Shown here in pieces: positions 16,327-26,953 of a stretch of 37,968 nucleotides of DNA. Position numbers and translations under genes: made by a program. Under the pieces are notes generated by a model. It had not been told where the DNA came from. It did not search any database and saw only the letters and a list, made by a program, of their open reading frames with translations. Source of the DNA: a virus; IMG/VR virus record IMGVR_UViG_3300045988_169084; one strand, given 5' to 3'. How positions within the stretch are numbered: the first letter of the stretch is position 1; every line of letters starts with the position of its first letter.

Positions 16327-19264
16327 TTAATACCTCATGTCCTCGTCCGTTATTAAGATACAACCTTATCCCTAACGTGTCATTCTTTTTCATCCCCAAA
16401 GGAGCGGAATAATCTAATGCTTCTACCTGCGCTTGGATTCGAGGGTATCCATAAGTCGATGCATAATCCCCCATGACGACACCATTAGGAGCTATGTCAT
16501 CAGACGTGTCCCGCGAGACCTGATACCTTAGCTGGTTGATTTTGGTCGTCATCGCGGGGATGATGTAGTTGGCAGTATTCCCCATAGGCATCGATATGAA
16601 CTCGGACTCAATGTGCAAGCCCCATAAGAAGGAAGAAAACGAACCAGTCATTGAATAGCCAACTAAAGCATTATTCCCGGCTTCAAATGTGGGAGAGAAT
16701 CTAATTCTTCCTCCGGTAAGAGCGCCATTGCTGAAAGAATAATATCCCTCAGGGTTAAGCTCTCCTGTAAACGTCCAGCAATAACCCGTAGTCTTACCAT
16801 CATTAAAACCAGAATTGCCTTGAGTTATAATATCTATCTTTGGATAGATGCCTGAATAAGGGACTAATTGCCCCGGCTCTCCTCCTTGCCAGCATAAACT
16901 AGAGGCTAAATAATAATCTAGGGGGTCTGTATTGCCTGTAACTACTTCCTTTGAGGCAAACGAAGTCCATTCTCCCAAAAATCCTGCTCCACTGAGCAAA
17001 GAAGGGCCACACTCCGCTATCGTTGGGAAGTCAATACACGGGTGGTCAAAGTCCATGTACGCTAAATAATACTCAGCATTGTCCAAAGGAATAGTTGAAC
17101 CAGCCGGAGGAACGCATTGAATGCAGGCGAATATGCCTTCTTGACGCTTCACCGGATTGTGATAGCAAACAACCTGCTTGAACTTCCCTCCTTGAATATC
17201 ATGCCAATGCCAGCCTTGGATTTCCTGCGTGCGGTTGAATAAGAATCCAAGCATCTTCCCATCTTCTGACGTCCCCCACCAAATAGGGTCAGGGTCTTTC
17301 ATAATGCTCTGTGACGTGATGCCGGATTCAAGAAGATCAGAAGCAACAATGGAAACGTCTTCGGACTGGTAGCCGTCAATCTGGAAAGAATAAAGGGAAT
17401 GGATAAGACCTTTCCTGTCCTTCGGGACAAAGAACAAGCTTTCCGTCATCAACTCTCCCTGAAAAGTAGATGAACCCCAGCGGCTCTGTTCTTTAATAGT
17501 AGGGACCGGACTATTAAGATCATCATCATTAATAACCCATTCGCCAATGTCCGTCCCAACAATCAAATCCTTGGAAGAAGAAAGCCACTGAATGACCTGT
17601 GCCTGATTCGCGCCTATCGTAAGGTTCCATCCGGAATCCGATTGGTCATCAACGGAAAAGTCTTCATATCTGTCCACGCGCGACGCCCATATCGTTTGGG
17701 GCTGGGCCTTAGTTCCAGCGAAGATAAGACGGCCTCGCCTGATAGTAACGGCAGAAGGATATCCCTTCTGAACATTAAAGGCGCTTTTTACTAGAGTGTT
17801 GAAATAGTAAATAATTTTATAGTTATTTACGCCGACAAGTTTTCTTTCGACAAAATAGTTCAGTCTAAAATAATTAGTGGCAATATCATTAAAAAAATTA
17901 GTACGATCAGGACAAAATGCCATTGGCAAAATGTTAATATTCCTTAACACTGTCCCATTATTTACGGAACCATTATAATTCTTCTGGTTAATGTAAGTAG
18001 CAAATGGATAGGAATTAATCGAAACCGTATCGGCACATGTCAGCTCAACGGGAAGATTTCTAATAGTTTCAGCCGTATGAATGCCATTTGTAGCTGAATT
18101 TGTAAAAGCGAATCCAAGAAAATATCCATGCGGGGCGCTTCCTGTAATAGTAACTCGCCTATTAGCTGGTTGGGTAGCGTTCGATACATTAGCAATGGAT
18201 ATACCTTTATTCAAGCCTTGGAACGTTTCTCTAATACTCATCCCCGAAACATAGAAGGCATAGCTATTATCAAACTCTTTTCCTACATCAATCTTCCATT
18301 CCCCCTGAACGTAAGCAAATATGATATTTACCGCATTTAAAAATTGAGGATATTTATTTATCTCAGTCCAATTATATAATTGGCCAGTATAATAGGCGTC
18401 AGTCGCTCTAGTGCGAATGTTGCAGTTTACAATATCTCCCGACTGCCATCCCTCAAGCCATTCATTAACAATTGTTCCATACTGAGCAAAATCCCAAGAA
18501 GGATCATATAAGAACGGAATGTCGCAAAACATACTGGAATAAGCAGTAGTTGATTTTGCGTTGTGTTCTATATCAGGATAATCGGACTGGGACATTGCCA
18601 TCATACCAATATCCACAAACTCTGAGCCAATCGTGTCGCTCATGGAGTCAAGGTAATCATCCGAAGACGGAAAGATTAGGAAAGTAAATTCCGTTAACTT
18701 GAAAGTGATATTCCCAGAATCATCACGAGTTCTTGTTAGAACAATAGGGTAGTGATTCTTGTGGACAATCCAAAGCTTGTCGTTCTGCGAGACGTATTTG
18801 ACTTCCTTTAACTCATCTTCCGTGAAGCCGGAAGTCCATCCGTTCTTGGCATACTCCTGTTTAAGATCAAGAGGGATATTCCAAATAGGGCGCGGATATT
18901 CATCAAGATGCCCGCATTGATAGATTGTAGCGAAACCAGAAAGGCCCGGCTTCACACCAGCATGCAGGCATACGATGTAAATGTCCTCCGAAGTACAGGG
19001 AAAGTAAAGCATACGGAAAGGGCCATTCATCCGATCTACCAGCTTGAATCCCGGTCGTCGTTGAAGCTTCCCATATTGGCGTGGAATAAAGTTACGCATG
19101 CGAGAACACGACGTAAGATAACGTTGCATGTCCACGCGAGGCGTGAAAGATTCTGAGACTTGCCCTCCATTGAAGTTAAGTTGAAGCTGTGTTTGCCTGT
19201 TGTCTGCCATGTTATAAAAGCTTGTTATGGCCGCCAAAGGGGAAAGTCGTTCCATAGGGAACAC
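16223..19264 (-). CDS. large tail protein (1013 aa; tail tubular protein B/nozzle-like, or tailspike)
   Basis: Size and position after a gp11-like small gene, following T7 gene order. Confidence 0.4.
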   Translation of the reverse strand: MFPMERLSPLAAITSFYNMADNRQTQLQLNFNGGQVSESFTPRVDMQRYLTSCSRMRNFIPRQYGKLQRRPGFKLVDRMNGPFRMLYFPCTSEDIYIVCLHAGVKPGLSGFATIYQCGHLDEYPRPIWNIPLDLKQEYAKNGWTSGFTEDELKEVKYVSQNDKLWIVHKNHYPIVLTRTRDDSGNITFKLTEFTFLIFPSSDDYLDSMSDTIGSEFVDIGMMAMSQSDYPDIEHNAKSTTAYSSMFCDIPFLYDPSWDFAQYGTIVNEWLEGWQSGDIVNCNIRTRATDAYYTGQLYNWTEINKYPQFLNAVNIIFAYVQGEWKIDVGKEFDNSYAFYVSGMSIRETFQGLNKGISIANVSNATQPANRRVTITGSAPHGYFLGFAFTNSATNGIHTAETIRNLPVELTCADTVSINSYPFATYINQKNYNGSVNNGTVLRNINILPMAFCPDRTNFFNDIATNYFRLNYFVERKLVGVNNYKIIYYFNTLVKSAFNVQKGYPSAVTIRRGRLIFAGTKAQPQTIWASRVDRYEDFSVDDQSDSGWNLTIGANQAQVIQWLSSSKDLIVGTDIGEWVINDDDLNSPVPTIKEQSRWGSSTFQGELMTESLFFVPKDRKGLIHSLYSFQIDGYQSEDVSIVASDLLESGITSQSIMKDPDPIWWGTSEDGKMLGFLFNRTQEIQGWHWHDIQGGKFKQVVCYHNPVKRQEGIFACIQCVPPAGSTIPLDNAEYYLAYMDFDHPCIDFPTIAECGPSLLSGAGFLGEWTSFASKEVVTGNTDPLDYYLASSLCWQGGEPGQLVPYSGIYPKIDIITQGNSGFNDGKTTGYCWTFTGELNPEGYYSFSNGALTGGRIRFSPTFEAGNNALVGYSMTGSFSSFLWGLHIESEFISMPMGNTANYIIPAMTTKINQLRYQVSRDTSDDIAPNGVVMGDYASTYGYPRIQAQVEALDYSAPLGMKKNDTLGIRLYLNNGRGHEVLSGPSSTDTRLYFAFTDAKNTDVLSAYIIYDSNLV

Positions 19265-19865
19265 GGTTCCAGCCAGACTGCCGCATTAACCTGTTGTAGT
19301 AGTTGTATCTGCCTCCAGTATTATTGACGTAATCATTCTCACGGAGACGAGAAAGCTCCCTCATGTACATATCGGAAAGGAGCCTGTACAGATCAAGGTT
19401 GTTCGTAATCCGTACACAAGATAGTTGTGCCCAGCGAATGCCTAGAAGGGGCTGTAAAATGGTCGGGAATTCCTGAGTGCTTTTCTTGTTCTGGATATCG
19501 CCAAGATAGACAAGCCGCATCACATCGGTGTTGGCGTACAGATAGTTCCCTTCAATCTGCACAAATTGGAGCTGGTTCTCCCAAGGCTCGCCATTCACGG
19601 AGATAATAGTCACCAAATCAGAAGGCAACGTAAACGCATTGGAGAAGCCGAAGAGTGGCTTCTCATCATCCACAGGGAGAAGTTCTACCCTTTTACGGGC
19701 AAAGTTCCAATTACCATCAATCATCAAATCATTAATGGCAAAAGGAAGATAAGCGGCCAATGCCTGACCATAGACAGTAGGATTGTTCTGTAAATCAGGA
19801 TAGGCGGAGACTTTGTATTGTCCCAGCAATCCCAACGCGAAGTTTGCTACTTCAAGATCAGTCAT
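19212..19865 (-). CDS. tail tubular protein A / adaptor-like protein (217 aa)
   Basis: Position between the capsid genes and the large tail gene. Size is near T7 gp11. Confidence 0.35.
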   Translation of the reverse strand: MTDLEVANFALGLLGQYKVSAYPDLQNNPTVYGQALAAYLPFAINDLMIDGNWNFARKRVELLPVDDEKPLFGFSNAFTLPSDLVTIISVNGEPWENQLQFVQIEGNYLYANTDVMRLVYLGDIQNKKSTQEFPTILQPLLGIRWAQLSCVRITNNLDLYRLLSDMYMRELSRLRENDYVNNTGGRYNYYNRLMRQSGWNRVPYGTTFPFGGHNKLL

Positions 19866-19883
19866 TGGCCGCTTCGGTTCAGG

Positions 19884-20438
19884 TTATGGAATGATACAAT
19901 CCATCACAATAGTGAAGGTCTTGTTAGCCGCAACTGCCTCCGAGTTCTGAACAACAATGCAGAAATGATATCTTTCTTTCAGCACGCTGTTCTTGTTTTG
20001 CACATCGGGCATTCCATCTCCGCTAATAGCAGCGGTCAGAATTTTTTCGTAGGGGTCAACCATCAACAACCCCGGCTTATTGCCATTGGAAGTAACGCCC
20101 AACCTCACGATTTCATTAGCCGTGGCCGTAGCCGCGAGAACACCAATAGGAGCAATCATATTGTTCACGATGTTCCCATTCTTGTCAGTCAGGGCAACGG
20201 CGACAGTATAATCACCAGCGCCTACGCCATCGTGGGAAAAGGCAATCGAGCTAAGATCAATGATGCACCCTTCCGGGAGATCAATATCTTGAATGGTTGA
20301 CGATGCCGCAGTAGCGGCTCCCTCGGCCGTATAGGAGATTACCTTTTTAAGGGTAGCTCCTCTAGACATTTGAGCGTTCAGGAACGGAGGAACTCCCCCG
20401 TCAATCTCCGCCTTAGCCATGCTTGGAAAAGTAGCCAT
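19884..20438 (-). CDS. minor capsid / decoration-like protein (184 aa)
   Basis: Immediately downstream of the major capsid gene. Predicted beta-rich composition. Confidence 0.35.
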   Translation of the reverse strand: MATFPSMAKAEIDGGVPPFLNAQMSRGATLKKVISYTAEGAATAASSTIQDIDLPEGCIIDLSSIAFSHDGVGAGDYTVAVALTDKNGNIVNNMIAPIGVLAATATANEIVRLGVTSNGNKPGLLMVDPYEKILTAAISGDGMPDVQNKNSVLKERYHFCIVVQNSEAVAANKTFTIVMDCIIP

Positions 20439-20455
20439 GATTTTTTATCCTTTCT

Positions 20456-21448
20456 TTAATAAACCATTTGAGTTCCGGTCACATCAACCTTGAGGACGCC
20501 CTTGTCTTCAATGCGGGTGCAACCCATAGCGAGTTCCGTGTAGGTCTGCCACACGTACTGCTTGTCGCGGCGCTCATCAATGCGTACGAACAGTTCTTCC
20601 AGTACGCCAAAGGCCACGGAGTTCATGTTAAACGCAATACAGGTGCGAACGTTTGCCGTGGAAGTGCCATCCGTCGGATCAGTAGGCGTTCCCAGCGGAC
20701 GAGAGCCGAACGGAAGCATTCCCGGAGACATGGCAACGAACCTAATGCCGAGGTAATCAAAGATGTTACCAGACACCAGCGGGCGGTCCACGTTGTACAA
20801 GATGCTTGCAACCTTTTCCTGAGAAAGCAAGTCCTTAAGCTCTTCATGAGAGATGAGCATGATGATTTCCGGGCCGCCCAAGTCCTGACGGTCCACGTCC
20901 TGACCAAGCACGTTCCGGGAACCAAAGATGTTGCGAACTTGAAGAAGCTTCTCAAGCGTCAAGCCGGAAGCGGTGTACGTCCCGGAAGGATTGTACCCAA
21001 CAGGAATCGTATTCAAAGTTTCGTTGAAAGGAACGGCAACGTCCCCATTCTCCCCAGTCCATGCAGTGCCGATCAAGCCGTTAACTGCGATGTGGTCACG
21101 ACGACGTGCCATTTCCATGCGTTCAGCCTGAACGATGCGAGGAATCGGAGATTCAATCGTACCCGCCTGCATCATTTCAATGCGGCTGATTTCATGCGTG
21201 GTCTTGAACGGCGTGGTCTTCAACCAGCGAACGTTGAAGTTAGCCTGCTGAGGGTTGGTATCGCCGTACAGGTCGGTAATCTCCTGAGAGTTCACCGGAT
21301 CAATGATCTGGAACCTGCGCTGGCGCGAAGCAAGCGGATACACACGCAGATAACGTTCAGTTCGTGAAGTCATCTGCTGGACACCCGCATAGATTGAAGG
21401 CGTGTATTCATTTACCGCCAAATCATAAAAGTTTCCGTAATTAGCCAT
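20456..21448 (-). CDS. major capsid protein (330 aa)
   Basis: Position after the scaffold gene, size close to T7 gp10A, and preceded by a long regulatory intergenic region. Confidence 0.55.
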   Translation of the reverse strand: MANYGNFYDLAVNEYTPSIYAGVQQMTSRTERYLRVYPLASRQRRFQIIDPVNSQEITDLYGDTNPQQANFNVRWLKTTPFKTTHEISRIEMMQAGTIESPIPRIVQAERMEMARRRDHIAVNGLIGTAWTGENGDVAVPFNETLNTIPVGYNPSGTYTASGLTLEKLLQVRNIFGSRNVLGQDVDRQDLGGPEIIMLISHEELKDLLSQEKVASILYNVDRPLVSGNIFDYLGIRFVAMSPGMLPFGSRPLGTPTDPTDGTSTANVRTCIAFNMNSVAFGVLEELFVRIDERRDKQYVWQTYTELAMGCTRIEDKGVLKVDVTGTQMVY

Positions 21449-21617
21449 GATTTTAATTCTTGATTAAACGTACCGCCTCGAAGAAGATTTGCGTCTTGCA
21501 TCAGGCAGGTATCCTAATCAGGGCTGTCTGTGTGAACGGCGGTGGTTCACGAAACTGTTTGAACAAGTGTCCGTCCGGGTTGTTCAAGCCCAAACAAGCA
21601 CACATCACATAACATTG

Positions 21618-21656
21618 CAATAAAAAACCCCGCACTAATAAAAATATTAGTGCGGG
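21618..21656 (-). terminator. rho-independent terminator (12-bp perfect stem cccgcactaata/tattagtgcggg, loop aaaa, U-run on the minus-strand transcript)
   Basis: Hairpin read directly; a T-run follows on the minus strand (plus-strand aataaaaaa precedes it). Confidence 0.55.
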
Positions 21657-21746
21657 TAAAACAAAGGAAAAATAACAATGAACTATAGAATGGCGCGTCC
21701 TTTCACAAGGAGACCCACATGTGTTACTACGTATTGCTTAATATTT

Positions 21747-21789
21747 CAATAAAAAACCTTCCTCCGCATCAATTAAAACACGGAGGAAG
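21747..21789 (-). terminator. rho-independent terminator (10-bp stem ccttcctccg/cggaggaagg, followed by a U-run on the minus-strand transcript)
   Basis: Hairpin read directly, followed by an A6 run on the plus strand. It is the first of two tandem terminators downstream of the scaffold gene. Confidence 0.5.
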
Positions 21790-21850
21790 GAGAACATACA
21801 CGTAGTTAAGCCACTAACTCATGTGGTAATGTAACGACGACTGAGAAACA

Positions 21851-22774
21851 TTACCATTGAACGTGCGTAGACGCAAGCCGATTATATTCCTCCCTCGCAT
21901 CTTTTGGCATCCGGTCCAAACTTCCGTATTTGGAAATCATGTCAATCATGCGTTGCTGGGCACTCGTCCCTGATTGGGACCTCATCACTCCCGGAGTAGG
22001 CATCGTCCCTTCCTGATACCTTGCCGCCTTTTCGTACAAGGCTTCCAAGATATATGGGTTATTGAGGGCCATCGCAAAAGAGCTATCATCAACGTCAATC
22101 CCCGCATCGATCAAGCTCTGCCGAAGGATTGTTGCGTTGCGTTCATACTGCGGCCCCCATTCCTTCCTGAAATGCTCCTGAGCCTGCTTGGAAGCTTCTT
22201 CCACTCTCCTTACAAACTCTTCATTGTTCTTGCGGTAAAGCGTATCTTGATAGCGCAGAAGCTCCTGTGCCGTCTCAGCCGGGATGTTGTGCTTATGGGC
22301 AAACGCCGCAAACTCTTTAAAGCTCGCCTCGTCATAGTCGTCCTTATACTCATCAGGAATCTGGTACCCATCAACATTGTCAGGAACGCCAATGTAGGAG
22401 CGCCATGCTTTAATCTCTTCCTCACTGGCTCCTTCTCCGGGTTTCTTCACGCCGTCAAACTTCTTCCCGATTAACTGGTTGGCATTCACAAAGCCTTTCA
22501 CCAGTTCATCAACATTCTTGTACTTCCCTAGAGAGTCGGCACCTTCAAACTTGGAAGTCCACCCTTCCTTGAAAGAGCCATCCTCGCCGATAATATCAGC
22601 CACCTTAAATGCCTGCTGTTGCGTATCCGTTGGAGCTGGATTTGCATCAAGCTTCATCGTCCCCGGCATCTGCATCTGCTGTGCAGGCTGGGTAGTTTGC
22701 GTGGAGGAGGCGGCGCTCCCTGTCGTGGTGGTAGGGGCCTGACCCCCTGCATTATTTGGATTGCTATCAATCAT
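21851..22774 (-). CDS. scaffolding protein (307 aa)
   Basis: Low-complexity Thr/Gln/Ala-rich N-terminus followed by a charged helical region, sitting between the portal and capsid genes. It is the same length as T7 gp9, which may be coincidental. Confidence 0.45.
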   Translation of the reverse strand: MIDSNPNNAGGQAPTTTTGSAASSTQTTQPAQQMQMPGTMKLDANPAPTDTQQQAFKVADIIGEDGSFKEGWTSKFEGADSLGKYKNVDELVKGFVNANQLIGKKFDGVKKPGEGASEEEIKAWRSYIGVPDNVDGYQIPDEYKDDYDEASFKEFAAFAHKHNIPAETAQELLRYQDTLYRKNNEEFVRRVEEASKQAQEHFRKEWGPQYERNATILRQSLIDAGIDVDDSSFAMALNNPYILEALYEKAARYQEGTMPTPGVMRSQSGTSAQQRMIDMISKYGSLDRMPKDAREEYNRLASTHVQW

Positions 22775-23070
22775 TTTCCTGCTAGGTATTTTATTAATTC
22801 AAGCACTTGGCGCGCTCCTGATATGAACATTGCTCTGTTCGCATCAAAGTCTGCAAGCAAGGGGGCTTCCTTCTTCACATGTTCTTTATCACACAAAGAA
22901 AGGTCAACCATTGTAGTAAGGTAAAAGAGCAAGCGATTGGTTAATTCGGACCCCTTAAATTCTTCCCGGAACCGGATAAAATCTTCCTCCGGCACTTTGC
23001 TTACATTTCCGAAGAAGTCATAAACCTTTAATGCCTTCTTCTTGTTTTTATCATCAGTAGTTATTTCCAT
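22771..23070 (-). CDS. hypothetical protein (99 aa) between portal and scaffold
   Basis: ORF with a 4-bp overlap to the scaffold gene. Confidence 0.45.
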   Translation of the reverse strand: MEITTDDKNKKKALKVYDFFGNVSKVPEEDFIRFREEFKGSELTNRLLFYLTTMVDLSLCDKEHVKKEAPLLADFDANRAMFISGARQVLELIKYLAGK

Positions 23071-23073
23071 AAA

Positions 23074-24693
23074 TCATCGCATGTTCCCTATAGCGCTCCC
23101 AATGTTCTTCTGGATTTCAGAAGCTTCAAGAGCATTAGCCATCTGATTGGCCCCCTGTTGCGCCGCTTCTCTTTCTTTAATAAGACGGTCAACCTTCGCT
23201 TTATCCTTGAGTATCTTGGTCGGCATCCCAATAGATTTAATCCCTGACCTCATGATAAAATCAGTATCAAAGCTAATCATCACATCAGGATCAATCTGAG
23301 CCAAAGGAATCGCAATCGTCTGCATGAACTCGGAGAATAGCGTCGGCTGGTGACGGTCCAAAAGCATTTGGAAAGGAGTCGTAAACTTGATGCTAAAATC
23401 ATCCAGCGCAGGAACAAGCTTCTCATCTCGAAGAAGCTCATAGCAACGCATCACTACAGGCTGTAGGAACTCTTCCGTCAACCTAGTGTAGGCAGGGGAA
23501 GCAATCCTCGCAGAATACGCTTCGATCATCTGCGCCACCGTCGCCTTCATGTATTGAGGGTCTTTGACCTGCAACAACGGCGCAAACAAATCCATGTCGC
23601 ATGTCTTCTGAATGTTGTTCTCAAGCCTCTGCACCTGCCATTGCATCTCATTAGCCTGCATCATGTTCTGGAACAAGGGCGTCGGCTTGGCCTGAACGTT
23701 CATCGGGTTGAAGGTTGTCACCCCGCCAAACCCCCAGTCAATGTTCCCATCAAATCCTTCCGGCACCAGCATCGGCGGGAATATCTTCTGCATGGCCGAT
23801 TCGCTCAACGCCTTAACGGAGTTGGTCAATTCGGTCTGGTCCCCTAATGCCCTCAAACCAGCACCAACTCCATAAGGAGAGTTGGCAATATCAAAATAGT
23901 TTGAGACGCTCACAGGGCTTGTCCAAAAATACTGCGTCGCCAGAACATCTCCTGACTGGTCAAACACGCTACGCATCACCCACGGCCTGCCATTAGCCTC
24001 TTTAATCAGCTTCTCGTCTCCCGTCCTCTCCACCTTCTCCAGCAAATGGAACACAAGATAGTTGTCAGGATTTACACTGCTCGCCTGATATTTCTCCTTC
24101 ACCATGTCAGGCAGTACATTCTCCGGGAACGTCGCGACAATGTCCTGTATCCTCAACCACTCATCCCAGCAAAACGTATGGACATTCCCAAACTTGTCCC
24201 TGTCCACCATGAAATCCCCTACAGGAATATGCGCAAATTTCAGCATCCCTCGCACCTTGTCCCATTCGGACCAGAAGGCCGCCTGACCGTAAGCCGCACG
24301 ATCAAAGTAAAAAAGCTCGGAAGCCGTGTGGAAGTTGCTGTTGCGCATAAACCACGCAACCTGCCTCCCTGTCTCATAATAAATGTTCTCAATCGTGCTA
24401 TCAATCTGGCTCTGATCGTCGATCTTGGCCAATGGCTCAAAGCTAAACCATCCCTGACTCTTGGGCGTTATAAGCTCATGCTGGCCAGCCGCATTTACCC
24501 TCAAAGCCCTTTCAAGCGTCTGGTCCAAATAGCCAAGGTCCGTCCCAGTAGATTGATAAACCGCACCGTTAATGTTGAACTTCTTCTCAGGATCAACGTA
24601 TTGCGCGATCCTCTGCCAGTTGCTCACGTACCGCTGGCGGAAAGCATACAAATCCGCATGCTTCTGCTTGGCATCTTGTTTGTTGGTAACCAT
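23074..24693 (-). CDS. portal protein (539 aa)
   Basis: Size and position (terminase, then portal, then scaffold, then capsid). Confidence 0.55.
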   Translation of the reverse strand: MVTNKQDAKQKHADLYAFRQRYVSNWQRIAQYVDPEKKFNINGAVYQSTGTDLGYLDQTLERALRVNAAGQHELITPKSQGWFSFEPLAKIDDQSQIDSTIENIYYETGRQVAWFMRNSNFHTASELFYFDRAAYGQAAFWSEWDKVRGMLKFAHIPVGDFMVDRDKFGNVHTFCWDEWLRIQDIVATFPENVLPDMVKEKYQASSVNPDNYLVFHLLEKVERTGDEKLIKEANGRPWVMRSVFDQSGDVLATQYFWTSPVSVSNYFDIANSPYGVGAGLRALGDQTELTNSVKALSESAMQKIFPPMLVPEGFDGNIDWGFGGVTTFNPMNVQAKPTPLFQNMMQANEMQWQVQRLENNIQKTCDMDLFAPLLQVKDPQYMKATVAQMIEAYSARIASPAYTRLTEEFLQPVVMRCYELLRDEKLVPALDDFSIKFTTPFQMLLDRHQPTLFSEFMQTIAIPLAQIDPDVMISFDTDFIMRSGIKSIGMPTKILKDKAKVDRLIKEREAAQQGANQMANALEASEIQKNIGSAIGNMR

Positions 24694-24694
24694 C

Positions 24695-24979
24695 TTATTG
24701 ACCTAATGCGCTTTTGCCACTTACCCCGCTACCTGCCCCCAAGGCGTTCTTGCTCGCAACAAAGGTTCCTCCAAAGGAACTACGGCGCCTGTTCTCACGT
24801 ATCTTGTTCTCCGTGCCAGACGTATCGACTGTTACCTCATTCACTGGCTTCTCAGGAGCAGGAGCATCCATCCCCTCCTTGTTCTGCTTCAAGCCTAATA
24901 CGCCTCCAACGATATTAGTAACACCTTTGAACACGCCGCTAATAGCGTTGCCTATCTCTTTAAACGGATTGCCGCCCAT
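24695..24979 (-). CDS. hypothetical Gly-rich small protein (94 aa)
   Basis: ORF between the terminase and portal genes. Contains 'GNAISGVFKGVTNIVGGVLGL'. Confidence 0.4.
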   Translation of the reverse strand: MGGNPFKEIGNAISGVFKGVTNIVGGVLGLKQNKEGMDAPAPEKPVNEVTVDTSGTENKIRENRRRSSFGGTFVASKNALGAGSGVSGKSALGQ

Positions 24980-25394
24980 GATTTTTTCCCTTTCCTAATA
25001 ATTTAATTAGCAATTCAACTTCTTTTCTCCCGTACAGATACACATTCCCCGCACGAAAGCCAATAAAATATTTCATCCTCTCCTCTTTTATCATCCATCT
25101 TAACAACACTCTAAAATCTCCAACCCCTAAATAAAAGAAGAACCCATTCGCATCATGACGGCTACATGATAACGAAGGAACGCACGCCTGCTTCACCCTA
25201 GACCAGCATTCCTCCACATCAGCCCACCCCTCTTCCATCCGAAAGAAATGCCCCATCACAAGGCATCTATCATCCCATCGCCGATATAAATAACGATGCT
25301 CCTCCCAAGACGCATCAAAATCCGCGCCTAAAGCTTTCAGGACCGCGCGCCCCTCCTCTCCTAGACATGATGCCTTCATAGTTGTTCCTATCAA
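24960..25394 (-). CDS. hypothetical Trp/Arg/Gly-rich protein (144 aa), encoded by a C-depleted sense strand
   Basis: The annotated start overlaps the terminase 3' end by 80 bp, so the true start is probably an internal Met. Composition is biased. Confidence 0.35.
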   Translation of the reverse strand: MIGTTMKASCLGEEGRAVLKALGADFDASWEEHRYLYRRWDDRCLVMGHFFRMEEGWADVEECWSRVKQACVPSLSCSRHDANGFFFYLGVGDFRVLLRWMIKEERMKYFIGFRAGNVYLYGRKEVELLIKLLGKGKNHGRQSV

Positions 25395-26934
25395 TATTTA
25401 AATTGCTAAAGTTCCGGCCAAAGCTCTTCTTTACATGCGTCTCTCCTCCTCCACTTACGTTCCCAAGCAAACCAGCCATCCGAGCCTCAGCTATGTATCT
25501 CAACGAATCACTCCAATGCGACGAACTATCATGCACGATCTCGTTCTTATAGGCCCCATTCTCTCCAAGCGCGGGCTTCATCCTGTAGCTTAACCAGTAC
25601 GGATAAGCCTTCTCCGTCCCACCTATATCAAATCTCAATAAAGGGAACATCCCTAGCAAGTAATTGATACTTATCCATTTATCTCTTATTCTAGGCAAGC
25701 ATACTATCCCCGGCAACCCAGCCTGTTGCCACATGTACGCCTGACTTAAACCCGTGTCTGTCGTGTACCCAGCATCATGCGGAAATATATTCCTCATCAA
25801 GGTGGGAAATCTACTCAACAACCGAGCCGTCCTCTGCGCCGGACCCTCACTGCTATATTGGCCGCAATCACTATCTACTATCCAGATCAACCCCTCCTTC
25901 AACTGGAACACCGTCGAAACCGTATTCAACGGATTCCCCAAATCCCACGTCGCATAACACGGCAATGTCGGATCATATGGCGCATGCAAAAAATGACCAT
26001 CCCTCATCGATGCCTCAAGCACCTCCTCCAATATCGCACCCTCCATCGGCACCTCAAACGCCTCATCCAGCGTCGAAGGGTATTCCTCGTTCATCGATAA
26101 GCCATGTTGCCTCTTCGCCTTCTGCCACCAAACCTTCTGCCTGTCTTCCAAGTCGATCCCATATTTCGCCTTCAACGTCGTAAAGTAACTCTTCGTACTC
26201 TCCGTCAACGGCTCATCATCATCACTAACATTGCTCTCATCTTCCCACCACGGCAAAAATACAACGTTAAAGTCCTTCTCCCCCCTATGCCCCTCTTCTA
26301 TCGATAACGCATTCATCACGTTCTCATAGAATATCCCCTTCTTCCCCCCTCTTACTGTCGTCTCAACAAAAATAAATCCATCCTTCGCCGCAGGAAACGT
26401 CGCATTCACTATCTCCGCCGCCCTCTTCGGCTCCGTCGCACTTATCGTTCCCAACTCCGATATGTGCGCAAACCCCAAACCACTGCCCCTAAAGTATTTA
26501 CCACCAACTATACGGCTCGACTTCCTACCAACCATCTCCACCGTAATCATCTTGTTGTTAAATTCCATCTTAAACAACCAAGGCAATTTCCTCCTCAAAC
26601 TCTCCAACGCAACCCTCACTATCTCCCTCAACTTCTCCTCAGCATCAGGTTGCGTCCTGTCAACCAACGCCAATAACCACCCCTCATTAAACGCCGCCAT
26701 GTCCGCCATCATCACACCAATGCACGTACTGCACCCCTGACGACGCGACTTCGGCACCAAAAATCTCTTCTTCCCCCTCAAATAACACTCCTCATGCAAC
26801 CTACGCTGGAATTCCCTAGGCTCATATCTAATCACTCGACCATCCGTCAACTTGATCTCATACAAGTTGCTCAGCCTCCACATAGGGTCTTTCAACCTCT
26901 CCAATAACAATCTCTTCTCTTCCGAACTTAACAT
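25315..26934 (-). CDS. terL: terminase large subunit (539 aa)
   Basis: N-terminal P-loop-like 'LVPKSRRQGCST', acidic nuclease-domain motifs, and position directly upstream of the portal gene. Confidence 0.7.
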   Translation of the reverse strand: MLSSEEKRLLLERLKDPMWRLSNLYEIKLTDGRVIRYEPREFQRRLHEECYLRGKKRFLVPKSRRQGCSTCIGVMMADMAAFNEGWLLALVDRTQPDAEEKLREIVRVALESLRRKLPWLFKMEFNNKMITVEMVGRKSSRIVGGKYFRGSGLGFAHISELGTISATEPKRAAEIVNATFPAAKDGFIFVETTVRGGKKGIFYENVMNALSIEEGHRGEKDFNVVFLPWWEDESNVSDDDEPLTESTKSYFTTLKAKYGIDLEDRQKVWWQKAKRQHGLSMNEEYPSTLDEAFEVPMEGAILEEVLEASMRDGHFLHAPYDPTLPCYATWDLGNPLNTVSTVFQLKEGLIWIVDSDCGQYSSEGPAQRTARLLSRFPTLMRNIFPHDAGYTTDTGLSQAYMWQQAGLPGIVCLPRIRDKWISINYLLGMFPLLRFDIGGTEKAYPYWLSYRMKPALGENGAYKNEIVHDSSSHWSDSLRYIAEARMAGLLGNVSGGGETHVKKSFGRNFSNLNIDRNNYEGIMSRRGGARGPESFRRGF

Positions 26935-26953
26935 CTCAACCCCTAATCCTTTA

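Noticed and set aside
95-25015. Shared 13-14-mer ttaattagcaatt near positions 97 and 25009
   Set aside because: This is an AT-rich short match. Several such matches are expected by chance in 38 kb.
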